A stretch of 37,058 bases of DNA, from the IMG/VR virus record IMGVR_UViG_3300017645_000165, positions 1 through 37,058 of that record; one strand, 5' to 3'. Positions 1 through 9,477 of the stretch are shown here, piece after piece. Each line of letters starts with the position of its first letter. The first letter of the stretch is position 1. The translations under genes and the position numbers were made by a program. Source of the stretch: a virus. Its lineage: Duplodnaviria > Caudoviricetes. The notes under the pieces are model-generated. The model was not told where the DNA came from. It saw nothing but the letters and a program-made list of their open reading frames with translations, and did not search any database.

Positions 1-2
1 CG

Positions 3-2471
3 TCGCTGTTCCCGAACGCCCGGCGCGCCCCGGACGGCCGCACGCTGCGCTGCGCCGACCTCTCCGGCCGCGCGCCCCGCGGCGAGGGCTCCTGCGTGAT
101 CCACCTGGAGGGGCGCTTCGCCGGGTGGGGATTCGACCATGCCACCGGCGAGAGCGCAGGGCCAATCGACATGGTCTACCACGCGACGGGCGCGCCCGAG
201 CCCCGCCTGTTCGACGAGGCGGCGAGGCTGGCGCGCATGGACTGCCCCGCGCCGCCCCCGCGTGCCGGCGAGCCGCGCCCAGACCACAACCATGAGGTCG
301 CGCGCATCCTCGCCAGCGGTGCCCCGCTCGCCGGCTCGCCCGCCGAGGCCTACCTCCGGGGCCGCGGCCTCGCCCCGCCCGACAGCCCCGACCTTCTCTT
401 CCACCCCGACCTCGCCGACTTCGAGAGCCGGCGCGGCTGGCCCGGGATGGTCGCCATCGTCCGCGACGGCGCGGGAGAGCCCACAGGCGGCATCCACCGG
501 ACCTACCTGCTAGACGACGGCTCCGGGAAGGCGCCGCCGGGGAAGAAGATGCTCGGGCCCGTCGCCGGCGGCGCGGTGCGGCTTGCACCGATGCCCGACG
601 ACGGACGGATCGGCGTCGCGGAGGGGATCGAGACCGCGCTCGCCGCCATGGCCCTGTTCGGCATTCCGACGATGGCGGCACTCTCGGCCGACGGGCTGCG
701 GCGCTGGCAGTGGCCGGAGGGTACCAGGCACGTCACCATCTTCGCCGACGCGGGGCATGCCGGGATGCAGGCCGCGGCGACGCTCGCGGATCGGCTGAAC
801 GTCGCGGACATCCCCTCGCGCATCGTCGCCCCACGACACGGCGACGACTTCAACGACGACCTCCGGCGCGGGGCGACCGCCGCCGACTACGAGCAGCGGT
901 CCACATCGGAACCTGACGCCTCCGTCGCCGCGGCGGCGCTGGCCACGGCTGATGATCTGCTCGCCGCTGCCTCCAGCCTCACCCGCCCGCCCGACTCGGA
1001 GCCGCTCGCCGACTTGCTGGGCCGGCTGGCCCTGGCGCGGCTCGACCCGCTCCCGGAGCGCCAGGTCCTCGCCGCAGTGAAGACCGCCACCGGCATCGCC
1101 GTCTCCATCCTGGAGAAGCAGCTGGTCGAGCTGCGTCGGCGGCTGAACGCCACGGGCGACGTGCGGCGCGCGCCGGTCCGGCCGCCCTGGGCCTCGCTGC
1201 TGCGGATCGACGCGGGCGGCACGCCGGAGCGCAACGAGGCCAACGTCATCACCGCGCTGTCGCTCGACGCCGCCTTCACGGGCGCACTGATGTTCGACGA
1301 GTTCAGCCAGGAGATCATCGTCGCCCGGGCGCTGCCCTGGGATCCCGCGGGCACAGCACACCCCCGTCCCTGGGGCGAGGCCGACGACGTGCGCTGCGCC
1401 GAATGGCTCCAGCGCCACGAGATCAACGTCCCGCCTGTGGTGGTCGGCCGCAGCGTCGTCGCTGTGTCGCGCAACATCCGCATCCATCCGGTGCGCGACT
1501 ACCTCGAGGCGCTGGCCTGGGACGGCACGCCGCGCCTCGACACATGGGCCGTCGCCTATCTCGGCGCCGAGGATACGCCGCTCCACCGGAGCATGGCCTC
1601 GCTGTGGATGGTCTCGGCCGTGGCGCGGATCATGCAGCCCGGCTGCAAGGCCGACCACATGCTGATCCTAGAGGGGCCGCAGGGCATCCGGAAGTCGACC
1701 GCCCTGAGGGTGCTCGCCTCTGAGCCCTGGTTCACCGACGAACTCGCCGAGCTTGGCTCGAAGGACGCGGCGCAGCAGATGCGCGGCATCTGGATCATCG
1801 AGATGGCGGAGCTGGACGCCATCGGCCAGGCGGACGTCTCGCGCATCAAGGCCTTCCTCAGCCGCACCACGGATCGCTACCGGCCACCCTATGAGCGCTA
1901 CGTCGTCACTGTCCCGCGGCAATGCGTCTTCGCTGGGACAGTGAACCCGGACACCTATCTGCGCGACGAGACCGGCAACCGGCGCTTCTGGCCGCTGCGC
2001 TGCGGCGACATCGACCTCGAGGGCCTGCGGCGCAACCGCGACCAGCTCTGGGCCGAGGCCGTCGCGCGCTACCGCGCCGGCGCGCCCTGGTGGATCGAGG
2101 ACCGCGCGCTCGTCGCCGAGGCTAGCGCCGCACAGGAGGCACGCTACCAGGGCGATGCCTGGGACGCGCGGATCGAGCGCTGGCTCGTCTCCGAGCGCAA
2201 GCCGGTGAATGTCGGCGTCGGGCACTTCGAGGACTGGCAGGAGCGCTTCGTGCCGCGGGCGAAGCCGCTGACCGACGTCTCCATCGGCGAGGTGCTGGAG
2301 CAGGCGCTCGGCATCGAGGCCGCGAAGTGGACAAAGGGCGACCAGATGCGCGTGGGCGCCTACCTCAAGGCGAAGAAGTGGGAGCGGTACAAGACGACCG
2401 GCTCTGCCAGGGACGGCGTCGCTCGCGAATGGCGCTACCGCCGGCCCTCCCCGTCAGAGGAGGGCGCGTGA
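3..2471 (+). CDS. Toprim primase + VapE/VirE-type helicase fusion, 5'-truncated
   Basis: Frame is open from position 3 (SLFPNARRAPDG...). Toprim motifs GVAEGIETALA and IFADAGHAG..DDFND; Walker A LEGPQGIRKST, Walker B IIEMAELD, and DETGNRRFWP. Confidence 0.88.
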   Translation, partial: SLFPNARRAPDGRTLRCADLSGRAPRGEGSCVIHLEGRFAGWGFDHATGESAGPIDMVYHATGAPEPRLFDEAARLARMDCPAPPPRAGEPRPDHNHEVARILASGAPLAGSPAEAYLRGRGLAPPDSPDLLFHPDLADFESRRGWPGMVAIVRDGAGEPTGGIHRTYLLDDGSGKAPPGKKMLGPVAGGAVRLAPMPDDGRIGVAEGIETALAAMALFGIPTMAALSADGLRRWQWPEGTRHVTIFADAGHAGMQAAATLADRLNVADIPSRIVAPRHGDDFNDDLRRGATAADYEQRSTSEPDASVAAAALATADDLLAAASSLTRPPDSEPLADLLGRLALARLDPLPERQVLAAVKTATGIAVSILEKQLVELRRRLNATGDVRRAPVRPPWASLLRIDAGGTPERNEANVITALSLDAAFTGALMFDEFSQEIIVARALPWDPAGTAHPRPWGEADDVRCAEWLQRHEINVPPVVVGRSVVAVSRNIRIHPVRDYLEALAWDGTPRLDTWAVAYLGAEDTPLHRSMASLWMVSAVARIMQPGCKADHMLILEGPQGIRKSTALRVLASEPWFTDELAELGSKDAAQQMRGIWIIEMAELDAIGQADVSRIKAFLSRTTDRYRPPYERYVVTVPRQCVFAGTVNPDTYLRDETGNRRFWPLRCGDIDLEGLRRNRDQLWAEAVARYRAGAPWWIEDRALVAEASAAQEARYQGDAWDARIERWLVSERKPVNVGVGHFEDWQERFVPRAKPLTDVSIGEVLEQALGIEAAKWTKGDQMRVGAYLKAKKWERYKTTGSARDGVAREWRYRRPSPSEEGA

Positions 2472-2794
2472 TGTCCCTCCGGCACCTCACTGGGAGGCCG
2501 TTCTGTCCTACTGTCCCACCACAGCGAATTCCGCCGGCGAAGTGGGACACGCGCAAACCAAGCTTTTCCGCGGGTTTCCGGACGTCTGTCCCACTGTCCC
2601 ACCTGTCCCACCTGCTCCTTAGAGCCATACGCGAAGGGCATGATGAGGCCGGACATACATTTTCCTATACGGGTTTAGGCGAGCCGTCCTGGAGTGGGAC
2701 AGGTGGGAAAGGACCGCGCAAGCATCTGAATCCGCACATATTCCTTCGTCTCACTTCGGTCGCGGCGATGGGACGAGGCGGGACGGGTGGGACG
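2472..2794. repeat. Iteron-like TGTCCCAC / GTGGGAC repeat cluster, putative replication origin
   Basis: TGTCCCAC at 2512, 2587, 2595, 2604; inverse GTGGGAC at 2542, 2694, 2787; degenerate copies at 2472, 2504, 2703, 2769, 2779; AT-richer patch at about 2653-2670; directly after the primase/helicase. Confidence 0.65.
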
Positions 2795-2936
2795 CCTCCG
2801 CGCTCGCGCGTCACATACCGGGCCACCGGCCCGCCCGGCCAGGCAACGCGCTCTCGAAGCCGGGCAGCGACGGCGAGCTCCGCCAAGAACCGCGCCGTCG
2901 CCGCCCTCACCACAGCCGTCCCCTTTCGGAGACCCC

Positions 2937-3485
2937 ATGGCTCCCCTGACTCTCCCCATGCCCGCGGCGCACGCAAGCGGTCCGCTGATCACCGCCCCGC
3001 TGCCTGTGGCCCTGCGGCATCACGCCGTCCTCGCTCTCGACCTCGGCACCACCACCGGCTGGGCGCTGCGCGGGCAGGACGGCAGCATCACCTCGGGCAC
3101 CATGACCTTTCGCCAGAGCCGGTTCGAGGGCGGGGGCATGCGCTACCTGCGCTTCCGTAGCTGGCTCGGTGAGCTGGCGGCGCTTGCCGGCGGCCTCGCG
3201 CGCATCGCCTTCGAGGAGGTGCGCTCTCACGCAGGCACCGATGCGGCTCATCTCTATGGCGGCTTCCTCGCCCACCTGTCGACCTGGTGCGAGGAGCGAA
3301 GCATCGCCTACGAGGGCGTTCCGGTCGGCACGATCAAGCGCTTCGCGACCGGCCGCGGCAACGCCGATAAGGCGGCGATGGTCGCGGCGATCCGCGCCCG
3401 CGGCTTCGCGCCGGCGGACGACAACGAGGCCGACGCCATCGCCCTGCTGCTCTGGGCGACCGAGCCGCAGGGTGGTCGCGAATGA
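2937..3485 (+). CDS. RuvC-like Holliday junction resolvase / endonuclease
   Basis: VLALDLGTTTGWA, IAFEEV, GNADKAAM and DDNEADAIA motifs; GGAGA before ATG 2937. Confidence 0.8.
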   Translation: MAPLTLPMPAAHASGPLITAPLPVALRHHAVLALDLGTTTGWALRGQDGSITSGTMTFRQSRFEGGGMRYLRFRSWLGELAALAGGLARIAFEEVRSHAGTDAAHLYGGFLAHLSTWCEERSIAYEGVPVGTIKRFATGRGNADKAAMVAAIRARGFAPADDNEADAIALLLWATEPQGGRE

Positions 3486-3709
3486 GGCTCGCCGGTGCGC
3501 CGCGTCCGCCCCGGTCGTCTCTAGACCTGGCTCACAGCCCGACCTCTGCGGTGGAGCTCGATGCCATGCGTGCCGCCGCATGGCACCGGCACGGCGTCGC
3601 CGCCCTGGCCGTGGAGGACATCGCCGATCCCTGGCTCCGCCAGGCTGTCACCAACGAAGCGAACCGGCGCTGGGGGCGCCGGCAGGGAGGCATGCAGCAT
3701 GGCCGGTAA
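3482..3709 (+). CDS. Small phage hypothetical protein
   Basis: ATGA overlap with the upstream gene and overlap with the downstream gene; 75 aa. Confidence 0.65.
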   Translation: MRLAGAPRPPRSSLDLAHSPTSAVELDAMRAAAWHRHGVAALAVEDIADPWLRQAVTNEANRRWGRRQGGMQHGR

Positions 3710-4253
3710 GCGCAAGGCAAAGCGGACCATGCAGGGCGTCGAGGATCTGTCGAAGCCCTCGAAATGGCGACTGCAGCATGGCGGCTTCTCCGAGCCGGCC
3801 CGCGAGGCCGACCCCGAGACGGGCAGCCCGGTGCAGCATCGGCGGGCCGTCGACACGCTCGGGCTGATGCTGGCCAACGGTAGCATCACGCCGGAGATGC
3901 ACGAGGCGGGATGCATCTTCCGGACGCTGTTCCGCAGCGCGGCGATCGATAGCATGTCGACGTCGCAGTTGATCCGCCTGCCCGGCTCGACGGCCGACCG
4001 GCTGTCGAACCGCCAGATCGACGCCCGACGCCGCGTGGCGGAGGCGCTCGACGCCCTCGGTGGGCACGACAGCCCGGCGGGCTCCTGCGCGTGGTTCGTC
4101 ATCGGTCTGGAGTGCTCGGTGCGGGAATGGGCGCAGCGGCGCGGCTGGGGCGGCAGGCCAGTGTCGCAACCCATCGCGGGCGGTATCCTGGTCGCTGCCC
4201 TCGGCACGCTGGCGATGCATTTCAGGCTTACACAGCGAGGCTACGCCGCGTAA
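3699..4253 (+). CDS. DUF6456-like phage protein, possible late-gene regulator
   Basis: MAGKRKAKR start after GGAGG; C-terminal VIGLECSVREWA...GILVAALGTLA; position at the end of the early operon. Confidence 0.65.
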   Translation: MAGKRKAKRTMQGVEDLSKPSKWRLQHGGFSEPAREADPETGSPVQHRRAVDTLGLMLANGSITPEMHEAGCIFRTLFRSAAIDSMSTSQLIRLPGSTADRLSNRQIDARRRVAEALDALGGHDSPAGSCAWFVIGLECSVREWAQRRGWGGRPVSQPIAGGILVAALGTLAMHFRLTQRGYAA

Positions 4254-4272
4254 AGTTCAGTGCGATCCAAGA

Positions 4273-5091
4273 ATGCTCGGAGTGCCGGCCTACGTGCTGA
4301 ACACCATCGACCACGAGAGCGAGGACACCACGACGGAACGCACCGTTCCGCGCGATGGCCTCGCCGCGTTGCGTGCTGAAATCGGCCTGCGCGAGATAGC
4401 CTCGCTCATCGAGCGGACGGCGCGCTGGGTCGCACCGGAGACGTTTAGGCTCTTGCCCGTTTGGTACCCGGAACACGCCCGCGCTCAGCCCTTTTACAAG
4501 GGTGGCTGGTCCGCTCCGCAGATGAACACCAGGCGGTCTACTGGCGTTTCGACGCATAAGGTGGAGGGTAACGTCTACGCAAATCAGGCCCTCACATTGG
4601 CACTTGGCTTGCGGAAGGCGGACAGGCCCAACTGGTCTTGCTGCCATATCTGGGGCGTCGACGATGCGACGTACCAGCTTTCCAATGTCGTCGTGCAGGA
4701 CCGGCGATTCTACTCGTGCGTCGCGAATATGGTCCTGTTGCCCACGCCGTTGAAGGCATTCACGGACAGCATGGCGGACGTGAAGGCGATGTTGCGGATC
4801 TGTGCTCGCAGCCTCTACGGCTGGCAATGCGATCACGATGCAATGTCCGACGTGAATGCGGCCCTCGACAAGTGGACAGACTGGTCGAGCTATCCGGCGA
4901 GTTGGCCACGCCAACCAGGCGACCGAAAGAGACCGCGTGGTCTCGTGGAGTTCACTCCGGCTATCGAGGCGCAAGCCAAAAAGCGTCTTGCCCAGATCCG
5001 GCACGACCTCCGGCATGCAGGTGAGTTCTATCCCCGCGAGCAGGTCCGTGAGGTGCTCGACTACTGGCGCATCGCGCACGACGCCGGGTGA
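4273..5091 (+). CDS. Accessory protein with an HNH/His-Me-like motif (start uncertain)
   Basis: NWSCCHIWGVDD...SCVANMVLLPTPLKAFTD; more A/T-ending codons than the flanking genes. Confidence 0.6.
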   Translation: MLGVPAYVLNTIDHESEDTTTERTVPRDGLAALRAEIGLREIASLIERTARWVAPETFRLLPVWYPEHARAQPFYKGGWSAPQMNTRRSTGVSTHKVEGNVYANQALTLALGLRKADRPNWSCCHIWGVDDATYQLSNVVVQDRRFYSCVANMVLLPTPLKAFTDSMADVKAMLRICARSLYGWQCDHDAMSDVNAALDKWTDWSSYPASWPRQPGDRKRPRGLVEFTPAIEAQAKKRLAQIRHDLRHAGEFYPREQVREVLDYWRIAHDAG

Positions 5092-5125
5092 ACAGAAGCT
5101 GAAAGCCGCTGTTACAATTCACCCC

Positions 5126-5156
5126 GTGGCGGCGCGCAAATCGATGATCGTATGAT
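5126..5156 (+). promoter_or_regulatory. Candidate late promoter (-10 TATGAT, poor -35)
   Basis: TATGAT at 5151-5156 in an AT-richer intergenic stretch upstream of the cos-like site. Confidence 0.3.
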
Positions 5157-5241
5157 GCTGACACGTCGAGATCGTGTAGCTCGACGCGGCGGTGGCGAAC
5201 GAGCCAGGGCCCAGCAGAGCGATTGTGGTTCGCGAGCCGCA

Positions 5242-5285
5242 GGGTCCTTCCTGGGCCCGGCGTATGCGGGGGGCGGAAGCGCGCG
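5242..5285 (+). other. cos: Lambda-like cos packaging site (cosQ + cosN-like)
   Basis: GGGTCCT (5242-5248) matches lambda cosQ; GGGCGGAAGCGC-GCG follows 22 nt later (lambda: GGGCGGCGACCT-CGCG); the terminase is GpA-type. Confidence 0.65.
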
Positions 5286-5376
5286 ACTTCGCTAGCGCCA
5301 GGCCCGTTCACCAGGTTGCCAGTGTTCCGGTTGCCGCGCCTCGCCTGGCGTCCATTCCCTTCACGAGCAGGTCCGC

Positions 5377-6831
5377 ATGCCCCAGGCCCCCTGGTCTGCG
5401 AGCGCCGTCGAGGCGCGCGCGATCGCCTCCCTGCTGCCCTATGCCGGGAACGCGCGGACGCATTCGCCCGAGCAGGTGGCGCAGATCGCGGCCTCCATCC
5501 TCGAGTTCGGCTTCGTGGCGCCGGTGCTGGTGGACGAGGGGGGCGAGCTCATTGCCGGCCACGGCCGGCTGCTGGCGGCGAAGTTGCTCGGCCTGGAGAC
5601 GGTGCCGACCATCGTCCGCGCCGGCCTGACCGAGGCGCAGAAGGCCGCCTATCGCCTCGCCGACAACCGCATCGCCCTGAACGCCGGCTGGGACGAGGCG
5701 CTGCTCGCCGCCGAGATGGCGAAGCTGCAGGAGGCCGGCGGTATCGACCTGGCGCTCACTGGCTTCGACGCGGGCGAGATCGACCGCTTGCTCGCCGGCC
5801 TCGAAGACGCGACCAGTGGGGCGCCGGAGCCTGGCAACGGTGACGGCAACCCGCTTGCCAGCCCGGCGGTTGCCGATGGGGAGGAGGCGGGGGACCCGGC
5901 GGATGCCGAGCCGGCCCCGCCACGCACCACGGTCTGCCGCCCTGGCGATCTCTGGCTGCTCGGCGACCACCGTCTGCTCTGTGGGGACTCCACCGACGCT
6001 ACCTCGGTGGCTCGCGTCATGGCCGATGATCGGGCAGCGCTGCTGTTCACCAGCCCGCCCTATGGCAACCAGCGCGACTACACCACCGGCGGCGTCTCCG
6101 ACTGGGACGCGCTGATGCGCGGTGTATTCGGCGCCATGGATGGCGCGCTCCAGGCCAACGGCCAGGCGCTGGTGAACCTCGGGCTGATCCACCGCGACGG
6201 GGAATGGCAGCCCTACTGGCAGGGCTGGCTCGACTGGATGCGCGCCCAGGGCTGGCGGCGGTTTGGCCTCTACGCCTGGGACCAGGGCCCCGGCCTGCCG
6301 GGCGACTGGAACGGGCGCCTCGCCCCAGCCTTCGAGCTGGTGTTCCACTTCAACCGCCAGCCGCGCCAGCCGAACAAGATCGTGCCGTGCAAGTGGGCCG
6401 GCACCCCGAACAAGGGCAGCGGCTTGCGCGCCGCCGACGGCGAGGTGAAGGCCTACACCCATATCGGCCTGCCGGTGCAGGAGAGCCGGATCCCGGACAG
6501 CGTGCTGCGCATCACCCGGCACAAGGGCCGCGGCGTCGAGACCGAGCACCCCGCGGTCTTCCCGGTCGCGCTGCCGGAGTTCCTGATGCGGGCCTACACC
6601 GACGAGGTCGAGGCGGTGTTCGAGCCCTTCTCCGGCTCCGGCACCACGATCCTCGCCGGCCAGCGGACCGGGCGGCGGGTGCGGGCCATTGAGCTCGCCC
6701 CGGCCTATGTCGATCTCGCCATCGCCCGCTGGCGCCTGCTGCACCCGGACCTGCCAGTCACGCTCGACGACGGGCGAAGCTACGACGTCGTCGCCGCGGC
6801 GCGCGCGGAGGCCGTCTCCGATGCTGCCTGA
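5377..6831 (+). CDS. ParB-like N-terminal domain + beta-class DNA methyltransferase (SPPY, probably m4C)
   Basis: NARTHS..QIAASI.EFGF, IAGHGRLLAA, LADNR; catalytic FTSPPY precedes the SAM motif EPFSGSGTT. Confidence 0.9.
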   Translation: MPQAPWSASAVEARAIASLLPYAGNARTHSPEQVAQIAASILEFGFVAPVLVDEGGELIAGHGRLLAAKLLGLETVPTIVRAGLTEAQKAAYRLADNRIALNAGWDEALLAAEMAKLQEAGGIDLALTGFDAGEIDRLLAGLEDATSGAPEPGNGDGNPLASPAVADGEEAGDPADAEPAPPRTTVCRPGDLWLLGDHRLLCGDSTDATSVARVMADDRAALLFTSPPYGNQRDYTTGGVSDWDALMRGVFGAMDGALQANGQALVNLGLIHRDGEWQPYWQGWLDWMRAQGWRRFGLYAWDQGPGLPGDWNGRLAPAFELVFHFNRQPRQPNKIVPCKWAGTPNKGSGLRAADGEVKAYTHIGLPVQESRIPDSVLRITRHKGRGVETEHPAVFPVALPEFLMRAYTDEVEAVFEPFSGSGTTILAGQRTGRRVRAIELAPAYVDLAIARWRLLHPDLPVTLDDGRSYDVVAAARAEAVSDAA

Positions 6832-8107
6832 CCTCCGCGTCGAGATGATGCCCGTGGCCTCGCTCGCGCCCTATGCGGCGAACGCCCGGACGCACCCGGA
6901 GGCGCAGGTGGCGCAGCTCGCCGCCTCGATCGCCGAGTTCGGCTTCAACGTCCCGGTGCTGGTGGACGACGCTGGCGTGCTGGTCGCTGGCCACGGCCGC
7001 GTGCTGGCCGCCAAGGCACTGGGCCTCGACACTGTGCCGGCGATCCGGCTCGGGCACCTGACCGAGGCGCAGGCCCGCGCCTTCCGCCTCGCCGACAACC
7101 AGCTGGCGCTGAACTCCGGCTGGGACGAGGCCCTGCTCGCGGCGGAGCTGCGGGCACTACGCAGCGAGGAGTTCGACCTCGGCCTGGTCGGCTTCGACGG
7201 CGCCACGCTCGACCGACTGCTGGCCGAGGCGGCGCTGGACGCGCCGGACGGGCTCGCCGGCGATCCCGATGCCTCCGCACCGGAGCCACCCGAGGTCCCG
7301 GTCACCCGAACGGGCGACCTCTGGCTCCTCGGCCCGCACCGGCTGCTCTGCGGCGACAGCACGAGCGCCAGCGATGTGGCGCAGCTGCTCGGTGGCGCAC
7401 GGCCACACCTCATGATCACGGATCCACCGTACGGGGTGAACTACGACCCCGAGTGGCGGAACGAGGCGGGCGTCTCGGCCACGATGCGCACCGGCAAGGT
7501 GGCCAACGATGACCGCGCCGACTGGCGCGCGGCCTGGGCGCTGTTCCCGGGCGACGTCGCCTACGTCTGGCACGCCGGCGTGCACAGCCGCACGGTGATC
7601 GAGAGCTTGGAAGCGGCGGGCTTCGCGGTGCGCAGCCAGATCGTCTGGGCCAAGCCGCGCTTCGTGCTGGGGCGCGGCGACTACCACTGGCAGCACGAGC
7701 CCTGCCTCTACGCGGTGCGCAAGGGGGCAACCGGCCACTGGCAGGGCGCGCGGGACCAGGCGACGCTCTGGGCCATCGCCATGGGCGGCGTCGAGGACGC
7801 GGCCACGGTGCACGGCACGCAGAAGCCGGTCGAGTGCATGCGCCGGCCGATCCTGAACAACAGCGCCACAGGCGAGGCGGTCTATGAGCCCTTCGCCGGC
7901 TCGGGCACCACGATCGTCGCGGCCGAGGCCACCGGCCGGCACTGCCTGGCGATGGAGATCGACCCGCGCTACTGCGACGTGATCATCCGACGCTGGCAGG
8001 GCTTCACCGGCGGGCAGGCTGTCCTGGCGGGCGAGGACCGCGTGTTCGACGACATCGCCGCCAGGCGCCAGGGGCACGCCCTGATCAACTCCGCGCCTGC
8101 GCGGTGA
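6821..8107 (+). CDS. ParB-like N-terminal domain + beta-class DNA methyltransferase (DPPY, probably m6A)
   Basis: NARTHP, VAGHGRVLAA, ITDPPY, HGTQKPVE, EPFAGSGTT; ATG 6821 overlaps the previous gene. Confidence 0.9.
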   Translation: MLPDLRVEMMPVASLAPYAANARTHPEAQVAQLAASIAEFGFNVPVLVDDAGVLVAGHGRVLAAKALGLDTVPAIRLGHLTEAQARAFRLADNQLALNSGWDEALLAAELRALRSEEFDLGLVGFDGATLDRLLAEAALDAPDGLAGDPDASAPEPPEVPVTRTGDLWLLGPHRLLCGDSTSASDVAQLLGGARPHLMITDPPYGVNYDPEWRNEAGVSATMRTGKVANDDRADWRAAWALFPGDVAYVWHAGVHSRTVIESLEAAGFAVRSQIVWAKPRFVLGRGDYHWQHEPCLYAVRKGATGHWQGARDQATLWAIAMGGVEDAATVHGTQKPVECMRRPILNNSATGEAVYEPFAGSGTTIVAAEATGRHCLAMEIDPRYCDVIIRRWQGFTGGQAVLAGEDRVFDDIAARRQGHALINSAPAR

Positions 8108-8315
8108 ACCACTCGATCATCTCGTCCACCCATTCGGGGTCCGAGGACCGGGTGAGCACGGCCACCAGCAGCAGGATGCTGCGGGGCACCTCCGCGTCGG
8201 GCGGAAGGTGCGGCAGCAGCAGCCCGAAATTGCCCTCGGCATCGACCGTCACCGCAGCAGCATCGGGCGGCAGGACGGATCCCTGTTCGGCATGAGCCTC
8301 GTGATGGGGAGCCAT
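8085..8315 (-). CDS. Small hypothetical protein (MAPHHEAH...DPEWVDEMIEWF)
   Basis: ATG 5 nt after the stop of the upstream minus-strand ORF; protein-like composition. Confidence 0.5.
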   Translation of the reverse strand: MAPHHEAHAEQGSVLPPDAAAVTVDAEGNFGLLLPHLPPDAEVPRSILLLVAVLTRSSDPEWVDEMIEWFTAQARS

Positions 8316-8320
8316 GAGGA

Positions 8321-8530
8321 TCACCAGTAGTAGATGTGTGGCCGGCGATTGCCGAGATCCCAGACGACGGCCTCGGCATCGGCGCCGCGGAGCAGCGCCC
8401 TCAGCCGGCGGTCGTCGCGCCGGCGCCGCGGTCGCGCATGGTGAAGGATGTTCCATTGGGCCGGGGCGCCGTTAGGGAAGCGGGCGCGCCCACGCCCGCG
8501 CGTCCGGGGACGCTTGCGCTTGTGATGCAT
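8321..8530 (-). CDS. Small Arg/His-rich basic protein (MHHKRKRPR...PHIYYW)
   Basis: GAGGA SD upstream of ATG 8530; 69 aa; aromatic C-terminus. Confidence 0.6.
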   Translation of the reverse strand: MHHKRKRPRTRGRGRARFPNGAPAQWNILHHARPRRRRDDRRLRALLRGADAEAVVWDLGNRRPHIYYW

Positions 8531-8644
8531 GGCACGGTCCTCAAGGGGGATGCGGGCGAGCGGACAGGCGTTCGCTCGCGGACCGGAGGACCGCGTGGCC
8601 AGGCAGCGATGAGGTTGTCGGCAGCAGGAAGATGGGCGCATCGC

Positions 8645-8672
8645 TTCATATCGCAGAGTGGGGGCAATGCAA
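8645..8672 (-). promoter_or_regulatory. Candidate sigma70 promoter for the small basic protein
   Basis: Minus strand TTGCAT-N16-TATGAA. Confidence 0.35.
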
Positions 8673-8697
8673 AGCATCGCCACCGCTCTGGCCATCG

Positions 8698-9477
8698 TCA
8701 CTCCACGATCCGGTAGATGGTGAAGGATCCCTTCGCGCCTTCCTTGTTCGGGCCGACCTGGCGGACTCGCTGCAGCACGCTGACCGCGATCCCCTGGCGC
8801 TTCTTCAGGCCGGCGAAGAACCCGCGCACTGTGTGCGGCGCCCAGCCGGTCGCCTCAGCGATCTGGGTGACCGTCGCGCCCCCCGGCCGACGCAGCAACG
8901 CCAGCACCTGCTGCTGCTTCGTGCCCTCGCGCGGCTTGCGTGGCTTGGTGGGGGCGCAGGCCTCACGATCCGGTTTCACCAGGACTCCGCGCAGCGCCTC
9001 GATCGCAGCGGCCAGGTCGTAGCGCTGGTTGGCGTCGTCGTCCCAGGCATCCAGCACCCGCTGTGCGGCGTCGCGCAAGGTGGGGCGGCGTGCCGGCAGT
9101 GGCGTGGCCAGAGCCTCGTCCAGGAGGGCCAGGTCCTCCGCCAGTGGCGTGGCCTGGGTGGCCGCGTCGGCCGGGGCGGGGTCTGCCTGCGGCGCCTCCG
9201 CCGGTGCCGTCGTGTCCGCGCCCGTGGCCGGTTCCAGGCCAATGGCGCGCAGGCCCTCGTCGGTGATGCGGAGCAGCATGCTGTCACCGTCGATCGTCCA
9301 GAGCGCCCGCGCGTCGTAGTCGGGGCGGTGGACCGCGATCACCAGGTCAGTCTTGAGCAGCGCCTTGCCCACCGCGGCGCAGGCGGCGGCGGGCAGCTTC
9401 TCGGGCGGCTCTGCCAAGCCATGCGGGTGCTGGGCGGCGGCGGTGAGAATGCGGCGCTGGGTCTCGGAAAGGGCCAT
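8698..9477 (-). CDS. DUF3489-domain protein
   Basis: C-terminal REGTKQQQVLALLRRPGGAT..IAEATGWAPHTVRGFFAGLKK...YRI winged-helix-like signature; AGGAG SD. Confidence 0.85.
   Translation of the reverse strand: MALSETQRRILTAAAQHPHGLAEPPEKLPAAACAAVGKALLKTDLVIAVHRPDYDARALWTIDGDSMLLRITDEGLRAIGLEPATGADTTAPAEAPQADPAPADAATQATPLAEDLALLDEALATPLPARRPTLRDAAQRVLDAWDDDANQRYDLAAAIEALRGVLVKPDREACAPTKPRKPREGTKQQQVLALLRRPGGATVTQIAEATGWAPHTVRGFFAGLKKRQGIAVSVLQRVRQVGPNKEGAKGSFTIYRIVE

Noticed and set aside
2472-2794. Repeats as a CRISPR array
   Set aside because: Units are about 8 bp, in both orientations, without regular spacers or cas genes
2327-3160. 277-aa ORF across the origin region
   Set aside because: Low-complexity translation of the repeats, overlapping better-supported genes
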